Positions 9,680-19,275 are shown, numbered from the stretch's first letter. The stretch is 64,000 nucleotides of DNA from an uncultured Candidatus Saccharibacteria bacterium (GCA_964642835.1 CAZXQA010000001.1:202831-266830), one strand, 5' to 3'. Made by a program: numbers and translations. The notes: generated by a model not told the origin, from the sequence alone.

Positions 9680-10468
9680 ATGAAGCTGCCGTTGTATAAA
9701 GGGGTCACGGGATTTATGAGCAGGGCGCAAGCTATTGCTGCTCTGGATGCTGACGGGAATGAGGGCCGTCAACTCATGATCGGTGTTCTAGCAAGCGACA
9801 AGACGCTCCGGGGTGATTCGCCGACGGGAGCACGGTGGGTGAATCGTTATCCGAAAATTGATGACATTGCCTCGATTTTCATCGGTCACCCTGCCATCGT
9901 CAATCTCGTGCACTACAATACGAGGAACAGCGACGGCCTCTGCGAACAGCTCTATGAGCTGACGAAGAAGTCGGGGCCACACTGTCAGGGCTTCCAACTC
10001 AACATGGCGTGGCCGGATCCGAAGCAACTGCTCCGTTTCCATGCCCATACGAACTGGGAGAAGCGGATTGTGCTCCAGATCGGAGTCGGCGCCATGAAGC
10101 TACTCGACTGCAACCCCAAGCGAATCGCCGACAAGATTGGCGAGTATCTCGGGGCTCATCCGGTGATCCGAGATGCGCTCATCGACGCGAGTGGAGGCCT
10201 CGGCACGGACTTCGTGCTTGAGGACACCCGCGAACTGGTCAGGGAGATCTGCAGTCGGCACTACGAGGCCAATCTCGGTGTTGCGGGTGGTCTTCACGCC
10301 GGTAACCTTCATCGGCTCGTACCGCTTCTCGAGGAGGCTAACAAGTTCGGGCAGAGTTTGAGCATCGATGCTGAAGGGAAGTTGCGTCAGACACCGGAAG
10401 ACCCTCTCGATGTGAGGCTCATGGCTGACTACCTTGTTGCAGTAGAGGCCCTGTTCCTCAAGTTTTGA
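9680..10468 (+). CDS. TIM-barrel protein resembling phosphoribosylanthranilate isomerase (TrpF family), orphan
   Basis: IDASGGLGTDF and VAGGLHAGNL resemble TrpF LDxxxGGxGxxFDW / LAGGL motifs; no other trp genes nearby. Confidence 0.4.
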   Translation: MKLPLYKGVTGFMSRAQAIAALDADGNEGRQLMIGVLASDKTLRGDSPTGARWVNRYPKIDDIASIFIGHPAIVNLVHYNTRNSDGLCEQLYELTKKSGPHCQGFQLNMAWPDPKQLLRFHAHTNWEKRIVLQIGVGAMKLLDCNPKRIADKIGEYLGAHPVIRDALIDASGGLGTDFVLEDTRELVREICSRHYEANLGVAGGLHAGNLHRLVPLLEEANKFGQSLSIDAEGKLRQTPEDPLDVRLMADYLVAVEALFLKF

Positions 10469-10545
10469 GTCCCACACACAAACACCCGCCAGAGCGATCT
10501 GGCGGGTGTCTTTTATACCTAATCTTGAATGCTGGGTATTACGAG

Positions 10546-12420
10546 CTACACACCCAAGATGACAGGGATGACGATAGGCTTCTTGGCCGTCTTCTGGAAG
10601 AGGAAGCGAGAAATGTCTTCCGTCACGGCGTTCTTGGCGTTGTCGAAGTTGTGCGGATTGCCGGGCACCGAGGTGTGTTTCTCGATACTATGCTTGATGA
10701 TGTTGCGAGCTTCGGAGAGAAGAGCTTGAGATTCGCGCAGATAAACGAAGCCGCGGGCAATGATGTCCGGGCTCTTCTTCAACCTGCCGTTTCGGGCGTT
10801 CACGATAGCCACGACGACGAAGATGCCGTCCGCGGAGAGCATCTTGCGGTCACGAATGACGACATCTGGGATGTCACCAACGACCATGCCTTCGACGACC
10901 ATATCTTCAGATTGTGCCTTCTCCTTCAACTTCACGAGAGTCTGACCCTTGTCGCGGAGTTCGATGATGGAACCGTTCTCAGGGACGACGATGTTCTCGC
11001 GAGGCGTACCGAGGTTCGCGGCCAATTCGGCATGCATCTTCAAGCGGAAGTGAGAACCGTGGATTGGCATAAAGAACTTGTACGGAATCTGGCGATGGAT
11101 CCACTCAAGTTCACCGCGCTTACCGTGACCCGAGGTGTGCACGTCGGAGTCGAGGTAGGTGATGATGCGCGCGTCATGGCGGAAGAGGTTGTCCTTGAGC
11201 TTCTCAACGGCGCGGTCGTTACCTGGAATGACGGAGGAAGAAAGGATAACCGTGTCCGAGCGCTGGAGACGGATCTGCTTGTGAGTCTTGTTGGCCATGC
11301 GACCGAGCGCGGCGAACTCTTCGCCCTGAGCACCGGTTACGATCATCATGACTTTGTTGGGAGCGAGCTTGTCGAGCTCTTCGAGCGGCGCGAGGTGGTC
11401 GGTGTTCACGAGATTCAAATGCTTGATGATCTCGATGTTCGTCTTCATGCTCCTGCCTTCGATGACAACCTTGCGGCCGTAGCGCTTGGCGCTATTAATG
11501 AATTCGATAATACGCTCAACCTGAGAGGCGAAGGTGGCAATGACGACGCGGCCCGGTGCATCCTTCACGAGAGCGTCGATGTTCTTCAAGATCGAGGCCT
11601 CAGAAGGCGAGAAGCCTGGCTTGTCGATACCGGTCGAGTCCATGGTAAAGAGAAGGGTCTTCCTATCCTTAAACATGCTGTAGTACTCGACTTCTTTGTC
11701 GACTGGGACGCCGGCTTCATTCTCGACGCGTACGTCACCGGTGTTCACGATGTCGCCGAACGGTGTTTCGATAATGACGCCAGTCGAATCCGGGATCGAG
11801 TGCGTGAGTCCGAAGAAGCGAATCTTTAAGTTGGCAGATACAGGGATGGACTTGTCAGAGGCATCGACAATACGGATGTCGAGCGGAGCGAGCTGCGGGA
11901 ATTCTTCCTGACGCTTCTTAATGAGAAGGGCGCCGAACTCGCGAGTGTAAATCGGCGGATTGCCGAGACGCTCGATGAGGAAGGGGATACCGCCGATGTG
12001 GTCGAGGTGACCATGGGTCACGGCGAGAGCGCGGATCTTGTGTTTGCGCTCTTCAAGATACTTCGTGTTGGGAAGAATGTAGTCGATGCCTGGCGTGTCG
12101 TCGTTCGAGAAGAGAATGCCGGCATCAATGACGATGATATCGTCACCATACTCGATGGCGGTCATGTTGCGACCGATTTCCTCCGTGCCGCCCAAAGGAA
12201 TGATGCGGATCGTTTCCGGAGCGAGAGGCGGAATGACGTCGATCGGTTTCTTGGCCGGGAGTGGAGCCTGCGTGCGGCGGCGCATGTTCTTGTGACGAAG
12301 ACTCTTCGTGAAGTTCGAACGAGCCGGCGCGACGGTTGGCGTAGAAGCGGGGGTGTGAGTTGGGTTCATGGAATGCGTTACGGAATAATTATGTGTAATG
12401 GCTAACGAGGCACTGAGCAC
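10546..12420 (-). CDS. rnj: ribonuclease J (metallo-beta-lactamase/beta-CASP RNase) with basic N-terminal extension
   Basis: HGHLDHIGG motif, beta-CASP and C-terminal domain typical of RNase J; about 70 aa Thr/Pro/Lys-rich N-terminal tail. Confidence 0.9.
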   Translation of the reverse strand: MLSASLAITHNYSVTHSMNPTHTPASTPTVAPARSNFTKSLRHKNMRRRTQAPLPAKKPIDVIPPLAPETIRIIPLGGTEEIGRNMTAIEYGDDIIVIDAGILFSNDDTPGIDYILPNTKYLEERKHKIRALAVTHGHLDHIGGIPFLIERLGNPPIYTREFGALLIKKRQEEFPQLAPLDIRIVDASDKSIPVSANLKIRFFGLTHSIPDSTGVIIETPFGDIVNTGDVRVENEAGVPVDKEVEYYSMFKDRKTLLFTMDSTGIDKPGFSPSEASILKNIDALVKDAPGRVVIATFASQVERIIEFINSAKRYGRKVVIEGRSMKTNIEIIKHLNLVNTDHLAPLEELDKLAPNKVMMIVTGAQGEEFAALGRMANKTHKQIRLQRSDTVILSSSVIPGNDRAVEKLKDNLFRHDARIITYLDSDVHTSGHGKRGELEWIHRQIPYKFFMPIHGSHFRLKMHAELAANLGTPRENIVVPENGSIIELRDKGQTLVKLKEKAQSEDMVVEGMVVGDIPDVVIRDRKMLSADGIFVVVAIVNARNGRLKKSPDIIARGFVYLRESQALLSEARNIIKHSIEKHTSVPGNPHNFDNAKNAVTEDISRFLFQKTAKKPIVIPVILGV

Positions 12421-12468
12421 TAGGAGCGAAGGGATGCTTCACGCCTACTGTGCAATGTCTCCTAACTT

Positions 12469-14223
12469 TTATTTAAGGAAGATGCTCCACACCTTGTCTG
12501 TTTCGACGTACCAGTTACGAATCCCGGCAAAGCGGTCTTGGGAGGCAAGAAGAGCGCCAACGGTGACGGACTTCACCTTCTCCGGAAGGACGTACAGGAA
12601 GTTTGGCGTGTAGAGAAAGACGGCCGGCACGTCCTTTGCGACTTCGGCAGCGAAGGCTTTGTCATCTGCCTCTACTTCACTCTGGTCAGCGGCGCTGCGC
12701 GCTTCTTCGAGCAACTTGTCAGCCTTTGAATTCGCGTAGATCGCGATGTTGAGACCGGGATCGGTGCGTTGAGAAGAGTGCCAGAAAGGATAGAGATCGG
12801 CATCGCGGCCTACCATTTCACCGAAAAGAAGAGCGTCGAAAACTCTCGGACGAATAACGCTCTGGTTCAGCTCTCCCGTTTCGAAGGCGAGAACGCTGAC
12901 CGTGGCACCGAGTTTCTCCCAGGCAGCGACGAGGTGATTCGCAACTTCCTTGAGCTCCGGAGCGTCACCGGTAGAGATGGAAAACGACAAAGTCATTGTA
13001 TCGTTTCCAATCTTTTTTTCAAGTTTGCCCGTTTCGCTATTTGGCTTCCAGCCTGCCGCCGCAAGGACGCCACGCGCTTCCTCCAGAGCTGTTTCTGGGG
13101 TAGTGGAAGCCGTATAGGTTGTCCACGGATAGAGACCAGCTGGCAAGGGGCCGTCGATCGGAGTGGCGAAGCCGCCGAAGACTTCCGTGATGATTTCCTG
13201 GCGAGGTGCGGTGAGGTTTAAGGCTTGGCGGACAGCCTTGTCCTGAAGGACTTTAGAGCGGCTCTGGTTAAAGAAGACGGCAAAGATTCTCGGGAGTGGC
13301 GAGTCGATCACCTGACGATCCTTAGCTTCCAATTCTTCCAAACGCTCCGGCGAAATACCAGCCACGCTCTCAACATGATTTCCATTATAGGCATCGATCA
13401 GCATCGTTTCAGAGGGATAGAAGCGGAAGACGAGCGTTTTCAAAAAGGGTTCCTCGTTCTTGGTGTCCTTGGCCGGCGAAAGCTCGTAGTAATCGGGGAT
13501 GCCGCCTTCATTGCGCTCGACCCGAGCAATCTGGTACGGGCCGGAGCCAACTGGCAAGGTATTGAACTGGCTAAAGGAGAATTCGTCAGCTGTCACGTTC
13601 TTCCAAATGTGGCGCGGCAGAATACCGATGGTGAGGTTGTATATGAAGGGAGCGTACGGTTTCTTTAAAGTGAAGGCGACAGTCAAATCGTCGATCTTGG
13701 TAACCGTAATCCCTTCCCAGTTACCACGGCGGGGGCTCTTGATAAGCGGGTCGATAATCTTTCCCACCGTAAAGACGACGTCGTCGGCCGTCACTGGAGT
13801 ACCGTCATGGAAGCGGGCGTCCGTGTCGAGGGTGACGGTGTACGTGAGCAAGTTCTCGGCAATTGTAATTGAGCTCGCGAGATCATTCTCCACCTTACCT
13901 TCTGGTGTGACGCGTACAAGACCTGAGTAAATAAGAGCCGTGAGATTCTTGTCCGCCTCGGAGAGAGCGAGAACGGGGTTAATGAAGCGAGGATTACCCA
14001 CAATACCCTCCGTAAGTTTGCCACCTTCGGTCGGGACGCTGACAAGATAAGCGTCCGAAACGCTCCAGAGGAGAATAAGCCCACTTGCGATAAAGAGCGT
14101 CGCGCACACGGTAAAGACCGCGCGTTCCGCCAGAGTGAAGGATTGTATCGTCCGACGGACGGCGCGTTCCTTAGGGAGATTGTAGCGCCGACGGAGCAGC
14201 GCACGGAGATCAGAATAGTTCAT
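12469..14223 (-). CDS. ABC transporter substrate-binding protein, family 5 (oligopeptide/nickel-like), membrane-anchored
   Basis: N-terminal TM anchor then SBP_bac_5-type domain pattern. Confidence 0.75.
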   Translation of the reverse strand: MNYSDLRALLRRRYNLPKERAVRRTIQSFTLAERAVFTVCATLFIASGLILLWSVSDAYLVSVPTEGGKLTEGIVGNPRFINPVLALSEADKNLTALIYSGLVRVTPEGKVENDLASSITIAENLLTYTVTLDTDARFHDGTPVTADDVVFTVGKIIDPLIKSPRRGNWEGITVTKIDDLTVAFTLKKPYAPFIYNLTIGILPRHIWKNVTADEFSFSQFNTLPVGSGPYQIARVERNEGGIPDYYELSPAKDTKNEEPFLKTLVFRFYPSETMLIDAYNGNHVESVAGISPERLEELEAKDRQVIDSPLPRIFAVFFNQSRSKVLQDKAVRQALNLTAPRQEIITEVFGGFATPIDGPLPAGLYPWTTYTASTTPETALEEARGVLAAAGWKPNSETGKLEKKIGNDTMTLSFSISTGDAPELKEVANHLVAAWEKLGATVSVLAFETGELNQSVIRPRVFDALLFGEMVGRDADLYPFWHSSQRTDPGLNIAIYANSKADKLLEEARSAADQSEVEADDKAFAAEVAKDVPAVFLYTPNFLYVLPEKVKSVTVGALLASQDRFAGIRNWYVETDKVWSIFLK

Positions 14224-14250
14224 GCAAGAGAACCCCAGAGTGGGGAGAAT

Positions 14251-14472
14251 TTAGCGGACGAGAAGCGGCAGGAGAGCGGAAACACCGAAGAGAATCGCCA
14301 GCACAAGCGTGACGTTGAAGAGGAATTTCTCGAAACCGCGTCGAGTAAAGCGGGCACCGAAGGAGCCGTCGCCGCCGAAGCCGGAACCGAGGCTTGCTTC
14401 CGAGCGCTGAAGGAGGATTCCAGCGGTGAGCAAGATGCTTAAGATGACCTGAATGTAAGGCAGGTATGCCAT
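14251..14472 (-). CDS. secG: preprotein translocase subunit SecG
   Basis: 73 aa, two TM helices, ILLQ...GSGFGG motif. Confidence 0.75.
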   Translation of the reverse strand: MAYLPYIQVILSILLTAGILLQRSEASLGSGFGGDGSFGARFTRRGFEKFLFNVTLVLAILFGVSALLPLLVR

Positions 14473-14500
14473 AAGGGATACCTACACATAATACTCCAAG

Positions 14501-14528
14501 TTGACTTAGACGTCCATTTCTATACAAT
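14501..14528 (+). promoter_or_regulatory. sigma70-like promoter for groES-groEL (no CIRCE element seen)
   Basis: TTGACT (14501-14506), 16-nt spacer, TACAAT (14523-14528). Confidence 0.5.
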
Positions 14529-14540
14529 TTTGGCCAACGC

Positions 14541-14846
14541 ATGAAGAAAGTAGTGAAAAAAGCGAAGACAAAGATCATTCCTCTCGGTGAACGCGTTCTT
14601 GTTCGTCCTTTCACGGAAGCCGAACTTTCTCAAGGTGAAGGTAAGAAGAAATTTTCCTTCGTGCTCCCGGAATCCATGAGCAAGGAGAAGTCCGGGCAGG
14701 GAATTGTGCTCGCTGTAGGGGAAAGCAAGAAGATAAAGGTGGGTAATCGCATTCTCTTTAGTAAGTACGCCTATGACGAAGTGGAGGTGAACGGAGAAGA
14801 ACTCTATTTGTTGAAGGAGGAAAACGTGCTCGCAATCATTACATAA
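14541..14846 (+). CDS. groES: co-chaperonin GroES
   Basis: IIPLGERVLVRP ... mobile loop, 10 kDa chaperonin pattern. Confidence 0.9.
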   Translation: MKKVVKKAKTKIIPLGERVLVRPFTEAELSQGEGKKKFSFVLPESMSKEKSGQGIVLAVGESKKIKVGNRILFSKYAYDEVEVNGEELYLLKEENVLAIIT

Positions 14847-14847
14847 T

Positions 14848-16470
14848 ATGGCCAAGAACATTTTGCATGGTGAAGAAGCTCGGGCCGCGCTCAAGCGCGG
14901 GATTGATGCCGTCGCGAACGCGGTAAGGATCACGATTGGCCCCCGCGGACGCAACGTCGTCCTCGACAAGGGATACGGCGCGCCAACGATCACGAACGAC
15001 GGTGTCACCATTGCCCGTGATATCACACTCTCAGATAAGTTCGAGAACATGGGCGCCGAAATCGTGAAGGAAGTAGCCACGAAGACGAACGATAAGGCGG
15101 GCGACGGTACGACAACCTCTGTTGTTCTTACTCAGGCTCTCGCGGATGCTGGTTTCCGGAAGGCAGCTGCGGGGATAAATGCCATGGGTATGCGTCGCGG
15201 GATCGAAGCCGCGGCTAAGGACGCCGTCGCCGCTTTAAAGAAGCTCGCTAAACCGACGAAAACGGATGAGGAGATCCGTCAGGCAGCCACCATCTCAGCC
15301 GAATCGGAGGAAATCGGCGGTATTATCGCGGAAACGATCAAGAAAATTGGCAAAGATGGTGTTGTGACCGTCGAGGAGTCACAATCCTTCGGCATTACTT
15401 CCGAAGTCGTTGAAGGCCTCCAGTTCGACAAGGGATATCTTTCGCACTACTTCGTGACGAACCCGGAGCGCCTCGAAGCTGAGTATCGCGACCCAGCTAT
15501 TTTGCTTACCGATAAGAAGATCTCGAGCGTGAAGGATTTGCTCCCTCTTTTTGAAAAACTGGCCGCCACTGGCAAGAAGGACCTCGTTCTTATCGCGGAT
15601 GATGTCGACGGCGAAGCTCTGACAACCTTCGTCCTCAACAAACTGCGCGGCTCCTTTAACATCCTCGCCGTGAAGGCCCCTGGCTTCGGAGACAAGAAGA
15701 AAGATTACTTGGCGGATATCGCCGCGACAGTTGGCGGTAAGGTCATCTCGGACGATACTGGGCTCACCTTTGAGAAAGCCGACCTCACTGCCTTGGGTCG
15801 GGCCGCACGCGTCGTCTCTCGCAAGGACTCGACGACGATTGTTGGGGGCAAGGGGACTCGTGCGGCCGTTGCGGCTCGTATCAGCGCGCTTAAAGCTGAG
15901 CGGGAGAGAGCGACGTCGAAATATGAGAAGGAACAGCTCGATGAGCGCATCGGCAAGCTCGCGGGTGGCGTGGCGGTGATCAAGGTGGGCGCCGCCACCG
16001 AGACGGAGATGAAATATTTGAAATTGAAGATCGAAGATGCCGTGAACGCGACGAAGGCAGCGATCGCGGAGGGGATTGTGGCCGGTGGCGGCGCCGCTTT
16101 GGCCAAAGTTTCAGGGAAGCTGAGTGAAGCCTTTAAACCAACGGAGGAAACCGACTTCACCGCTGGGTACAAGATCGTCATTGATGCTCTCCAAGCACCG
16201 CTTCGCCGGATTGCTCAGAATGCTGGCAAGGACGAAGGGGTTGTTGTGAACACCGTCATGCGAGGTGGAGAGAAATCGGGTTATGACGCGTTGGCGGACG
16301 TCTACGTGGAAGACATGTTCGCGGCTGGCATCATCGACCCCGTGAAGGTCACTCGCGCCGCTCTCGAGCATGCTGCTTCCGCCGTTGCTATTCTCCTCAC
16401 GACCGAGGTGGCGATTGCCGATGAGCCGGAGAAGGGAAAGAATGTTCCTCAATCCAATCTCGACTACTAG
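14848..16470 (+). CDS. groEL: chaperonin GroEL
   Basis: 540 aa; AAVEEGIVAGGG-type motifs; conserved equatorial/apical domain sequence throughout. Confidence 0.97.
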   Translation: MAKNILHGEEARAALKRGIDAVANAVRITIGPRGRNVVLDKGYGAPTITNDGVTIARDITLSDKFENMGAEIVKEVATKTNDKAGDGTTTSVVLTQALADAGFRKAAAGINAMGMRRGIEAAAKDAVAALKKLAKPTKTDEEIRQAATISAESEEIGGIIAETIKKIGKDGVVTVEESQSFGITSEVVEGLQFDKGYLSHYFVTNPERLEAEYRDPAILLTDKKISSVKDLLPLFEKLAATGKKDLVLIADDVDGEALTTFVLNKLRGSFNILAVKAPGFGDKKKDYLADIAATVGGKVISDDTGLTFEKADLTALGRAARVVSRKDSTTIVGGKGTRAAVAARISALKAERERATSKYEKEQLDERIGKLAGGVAVIKVGAATETEMKYLKLKIEDAVNATKAAIAEGIVAGGGAALAKVSGKLSEAFKPTEETDFTAGYKIVIDALQAPLRRIAQNAGKDEGVVVNTVMRGGEKSGYDALADVYVEDMFAAGIIDPVKVTRAALEHAASAVAILLTTEVAIADEPEKGKNVPQSNLDY

Positions 16471-16542
16471 ACAGATATTCTGTAAAGGTCTAGTATCTGC
16501 CCCAGTTCGCTCCTTAGTTTCTCACCAATTGGGAGGTCCATC

Positions 16543-16971
16543 GTGCTCCGTAAAATCTCGATAATTCTGGTTTTTTTGTTTTGCGGCCTGTTTTTCTGGT
16601 CCGTTGTCGTGAGTGCTCGTACTCGTTACGTAACGCTGGGAGGGGAACGGAAACAGCTCGCGCTGAACGTCCAGGAATTCGCGAAGGATTACAGCGGAGG
16701 CAGGGTGCTCAGCATTCTCTCTGCTTCGTCGGGTGGCCTCAACTCTACGACTTATACGACATATCTCATCGAAGATCGTGTGGGCGAGAGGCGTCTCTCC
16801 ATAGTTGTCACCGGTTACATGCGGGAAAAAGGATTCGAGTTTTGCGCGGTCAGCGATGAAATATCCTTTCAGGCTCTTGAAGTACCGCAAAACGTTTCCT
16901 GGTTTGAGGTGCTCTTGCCCTTTCAAAGAGATCAGGCCGAGTTCCTCAAGGCGACCTGCAAGAAGAAATAA
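16543..16971 (+). CDS. hypothetical secreted protein
   Basis: signal peptide MLRKISIILVFLFCGLFFWSVVVSA; no other motif. Confidence 0.45.
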   Translation: MLRKISIILVFLFCGLFFWSVVVSARTRYVTLGGERKQLALNVQEFAKDYSGGRVLSILSASSGGLNSTTYTTYLIEDRVGERRLSIVVTGYMREKGFEFCAVSDEISFQALEVPQNVSWFEVLLPFQRDQAEFLKATCKKK

Positions 16972-16975
16972 ATAC

Positions 16976-17040
16976 TGAAAGCGGACCGTAAGGCCCGCTT
17001 TCTCTTATCTTTTACCCTCTCCTTACGCCTTGGAGAGGGC
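16976..17040 (+). terminator. tandem terminator hairpins
   Basis: GCGGACC-GTAA-GGCCCGC then T-rich, second hairpin CCTCTCC..GGAGAGG. Confidence 0.5.
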
Positions 17041-17079
17041 AGCGAAGCCGAGTGAGGTCTTTTATGCTAAAATAGAGAC

Positions 17080-17634
17080 ATGTCATTCATCACCATCATT
17101 TTGATCATCGTGGCTGTGTTTGTGCTCTGGATTATCTTTGCGTACAACTCCTTTATCCGCCTCATCAACCGCGGTAAGGAAGCCTGGTCGGATATCGACA
17201 TCCAGCTCAAGCGACGCTACGACCTCATCCCGAACCTGGTGAATACCGTCAAGGCCTATGCTCTCCACGAGGCTCAAGCCTTCGAAAACGTTACCAAGGC
17301 TCGCACCGCCGCCATGAACGCGGGCACCTTGGCGGAAAAGAGCCAGGCCGAGAACATGCTCACAGGCGCCCTCAAATCTCTCTTCGCCGTCTCGGAAGCG
17401 TATCCGGATCTTAAGGCGAATCAGAACTTCTTGAACCTTCAGAACGAACTCTCCGACACCGAGAACAAGATTCAAGCCGCTCGTCGCTTCTACAACGGGA
17501 ACGTCCGCGATCTCAACACGAAGATCGAAACCTTCCCCAACAACATGATCGCGAACTTCTTCCGCGTCTCGAAGATGGAATTCTTCCAGCTCGAATCTGA
17601 AGCCGAACGAGAACCGGTCAAGGTTCAGTTTTAA
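17080..17634 (+). CDS. LemA family protein
   Basis: N-terminal TM plus LemA pattern (NSFIRL...DIDIQLKRRYDLIPNLV). Confidence 0.85.
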   Translation: MSFITIILIIVAVFVLWIIFAYNSFIRLINRGKEAWSDIDIQLKRRYDLIPNLVNTVKAYALHEAQAFENVTKARTAAMNAGTLAEKSQAENMLTGALKSLFAVSEAYPDLKANQNFLNLQNELSDTENKIQAARRFYNGNVRDLNTKIETFPNNMIANFFRVSKMEFFQLESEAEREPVKVQF

Positions 17635-18521
17635 TGTCGACACTCTACACGCATCAAGCAGAGAACTCCTGGAAGACCTGGGGCTTCATGGCCCTTTTCT
17701 TCGCGCTCATTGGACTCGTGGGATACGTCTTTGCCGCCGTAGAGAATAATCCGAGCTTCTTGTATATCGCCTTTGGGATCGCTCTTCTTCTGAACATCTT
17801 CTCCTACTGGTATGCGGACAAAATCGTCTTGAAGCTTCATAAAGCGAAACCCGTTACGCGTGCTGAGTACTTCGACCTCTGGAACGCGACCGAGAACCTG
17901 GCCATTACTGCCGGTCTTCCCATGCCGAAGCTCTACGTGGTGGAGGACGCGGCGCCGAACGCCTTTGCCACGGGGCGCGACAAGGAGCACGCCGTCGTTT
18001 GTGTCACCACCGGACTCCTCGCCATTCTCGACAAGACTGAGCTTGAGGGGGTGATTGCTCATGAGCTCTCTCATATTGGGAACCGAGACATGCTTCTCTC
18101 GACCGTAGTGGTGGTGCTCGTCGGCTTCATCGCTATTCTCTCCGACATGTTCCGTCGCTCAGCTTTCCTTGGTGGGCATCGTGATAGAGAAAACAACCAG
18201 GCGAATGGCATCCTTTTCGTAATTGGGATCATTGTTTCTCTGCTTGCTCCTCTGGCCGCGACTCTTATCCAACTTGCCATTTCTCGCAAGCGCGAGTTCC
18301 TCGCCGACGCTTCCGGCGCGCTTCTCACTCGATATCCGGAAGGCTTGGCGAGTGCGTTGAGGAAAATTTCTATGCATGGCGCTCCGCTTCGCACCGCTAC
18401 CAATGCCACGGCGCATCTCTTTATCGCGAATCCCTTTGCGGGGAAGAGTTCTGGCCTCGCGAAGCTTTTCATGACCCATCCACCGGTCAATGAGCGCATC
18501 CAAGCTCTCCTCGGTAAATAA
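17634..18521 (+). CDS. htpX: zinc metalloprotease HtpX homologue (M48 family)
   Basis: HELSHI (HExxH) in context AHELSHIGNRD, four TM helices, start overlaps lemA stop (TAATG). Confidence 0.85.
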   Translation: MSTLYTHQAENSWKTWGFMALFFALIGLVGYVFAAVENNPSFLYIAFGIALLLNIFSYWYADKIVLKLHKAKPVTRAEYFDLWNATENLAITAGLPMPKLYVVEDAAPNAFATGRDKEHAVVCVTTGLLAILDKTELEGVIAHELSHIGNRDMLLSTVVVVLVGFIAILSDMFRRSAFLGGHRDRENNQANGILFVIGIIVSLLAPLAATLIQLAISRKREFLADASGALLTRYPEGLASALRKISMHGAPLRTATNATAHLFIANPFAGKSSGLAKLFMTHPPVNERIQALLGK

Positions 18522-18671
18522 TTCTTGCTTCTTTATTAGGGGAGGAGTATCGTTAATTCAGGCCTCGTTCCTCGGAGCCGTGCGCTCCGGTTCATTAACC
18601 GATCCATGGAGGTACCCTATTGAGGTAACCTATTTCTGGCTCATCTCCCGCTCCTAAGGTTGATTGGTACC

Positions 18672-18707
18672 AAAAGCGGGCCCTCGCAAGGGGCCCGCTT
18701 TATTTAT
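18672..18707 (+). terminator. rho-independent terminator after htpX
   Basis: AAGCGGGCCC-TCGCAA-GGGGCCCGCTT then TATTTAT. Confidence 0.65.
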
Positions 18708-18746
18708 ATTGAAAATCCGCCTCTTTTGAGCCATGTATTGACCCGC

Positions 18747-18775
18747 TTGACAAGATTAGATGGGGGGTGTATGAT
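18747..18775 (+). promoter_or_regulatory. near-consensus sigma70 promoter with no ORF downstream
   Basis: TTGACA (18747-18752), 17-nt spacer, TATGAT (18770-18775). Confidence 0.5.
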
Positions 18776-18781
18776 GAAATA

Positions 18782-19095
18782 GTTCCATTGGTGAGATCCA
18801 TTGTTCTTTCCAACAACCGTTGGCTGTGAGGCCAACCAGAAACGGAGTCAGGATGCGCAAGTATCACGACAGCGCGGGGGCGATGCTCCCCCTTAACCTT
18901 TTTTCCTCGGGAAGCAACAAGGCCGCCGTCGGCGCGCCCGTCATCCACGCCGGCGCGACGCCCGGCACGCAGACTCAGTAGCTGCCGGCCGCGCGGCCGT
19001 CAGTCATCCCCTGGTGGCGCAACCTATGACAAGGTCACCTCCGTAATATTCGGAATACCCTAGACCGGCTTCTCTTCAAGAGGCCGGTCTTTTTC
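18782..19095 (+). ncRNA. candidate structured noncoding RNA / leader of unknown class (promoter to terminator, no ORF)
   Basis: mutually exclusive hairpins near 18810-18838, internal GGGGG..CCCCC hairpin plus T-run near 18867-18905, GC-rich core, terminal hairpin GACCGGC..GCCGGTC plus TTTTT at 19062-19095. Confidence 0.35.
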
Positions 19096-19135
19096 TATAC
19101 CTAAACCCTGAGCTGTGCTATAAATGAGTTTCCAC

Positions 19136-19223
19136 GGAGGCGTCGCATAGTGGTCTAGTGCGCACGCTTGGAAAGCGTGTATACCGCAAGGTATCCAGGG
19201 TTCGAATCCCTGCGCCTCCGCCA
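19136..19223 (+). tRNA. tRNA-Ser (anticodon GGA), CCA encoded
   Basis: acceptor GGAGGCG/CGCCTCC, anticodon stem CACGC/GCGTG with loop TTGGAAA, long variable arm ATACC-GCAA-GGTAT, T-loop TTCGAAT. Confidence 0.9.
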
Positions 19224-19244
19224 AAGTAAAGAAGGGCGCGTGAT

Positions 19245-19275
19245 ATAGTTGAGCTGATGAAAAAAATTATTCTTC
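19245..19275 (+). repeat. duplicated leader/start module copy A1 (ATAGTTGAGCTGATGAAAAAAATTATTCTT)
   Basis: about 90% identical to 19759-19789; spans RBS region, ATG and first codons of the downstream gene. Confidence 0.6.

Noticed and set aside
10465-11829. 454-aa plus-strand ORF
   Set aside because: It is antisense to RNase J. It has no start context and an Asp/Val/Leu/His-rich shadow composition.
14848-16470. Inteins or insertions in groEL, nrdA, dnaB and gyrB
   Set aside because: groEL, dnaB (as far as visible) and gyrB have ordinary or short lengths and no Hint-domain motifs. The NrdA extension is a C-terminal low-complexity tail and not an internal insert.
18782-19095. Identification of the orphan RNA as SRP RNA
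   Set aside because: A GUCAGG-stem-GNRA-stem-ACGACAGC stretch resembles SRP domain IV. The spacing and its position in the transcript do not fit either the 4.5S or the long SRP architecture, so it is left as unknown.
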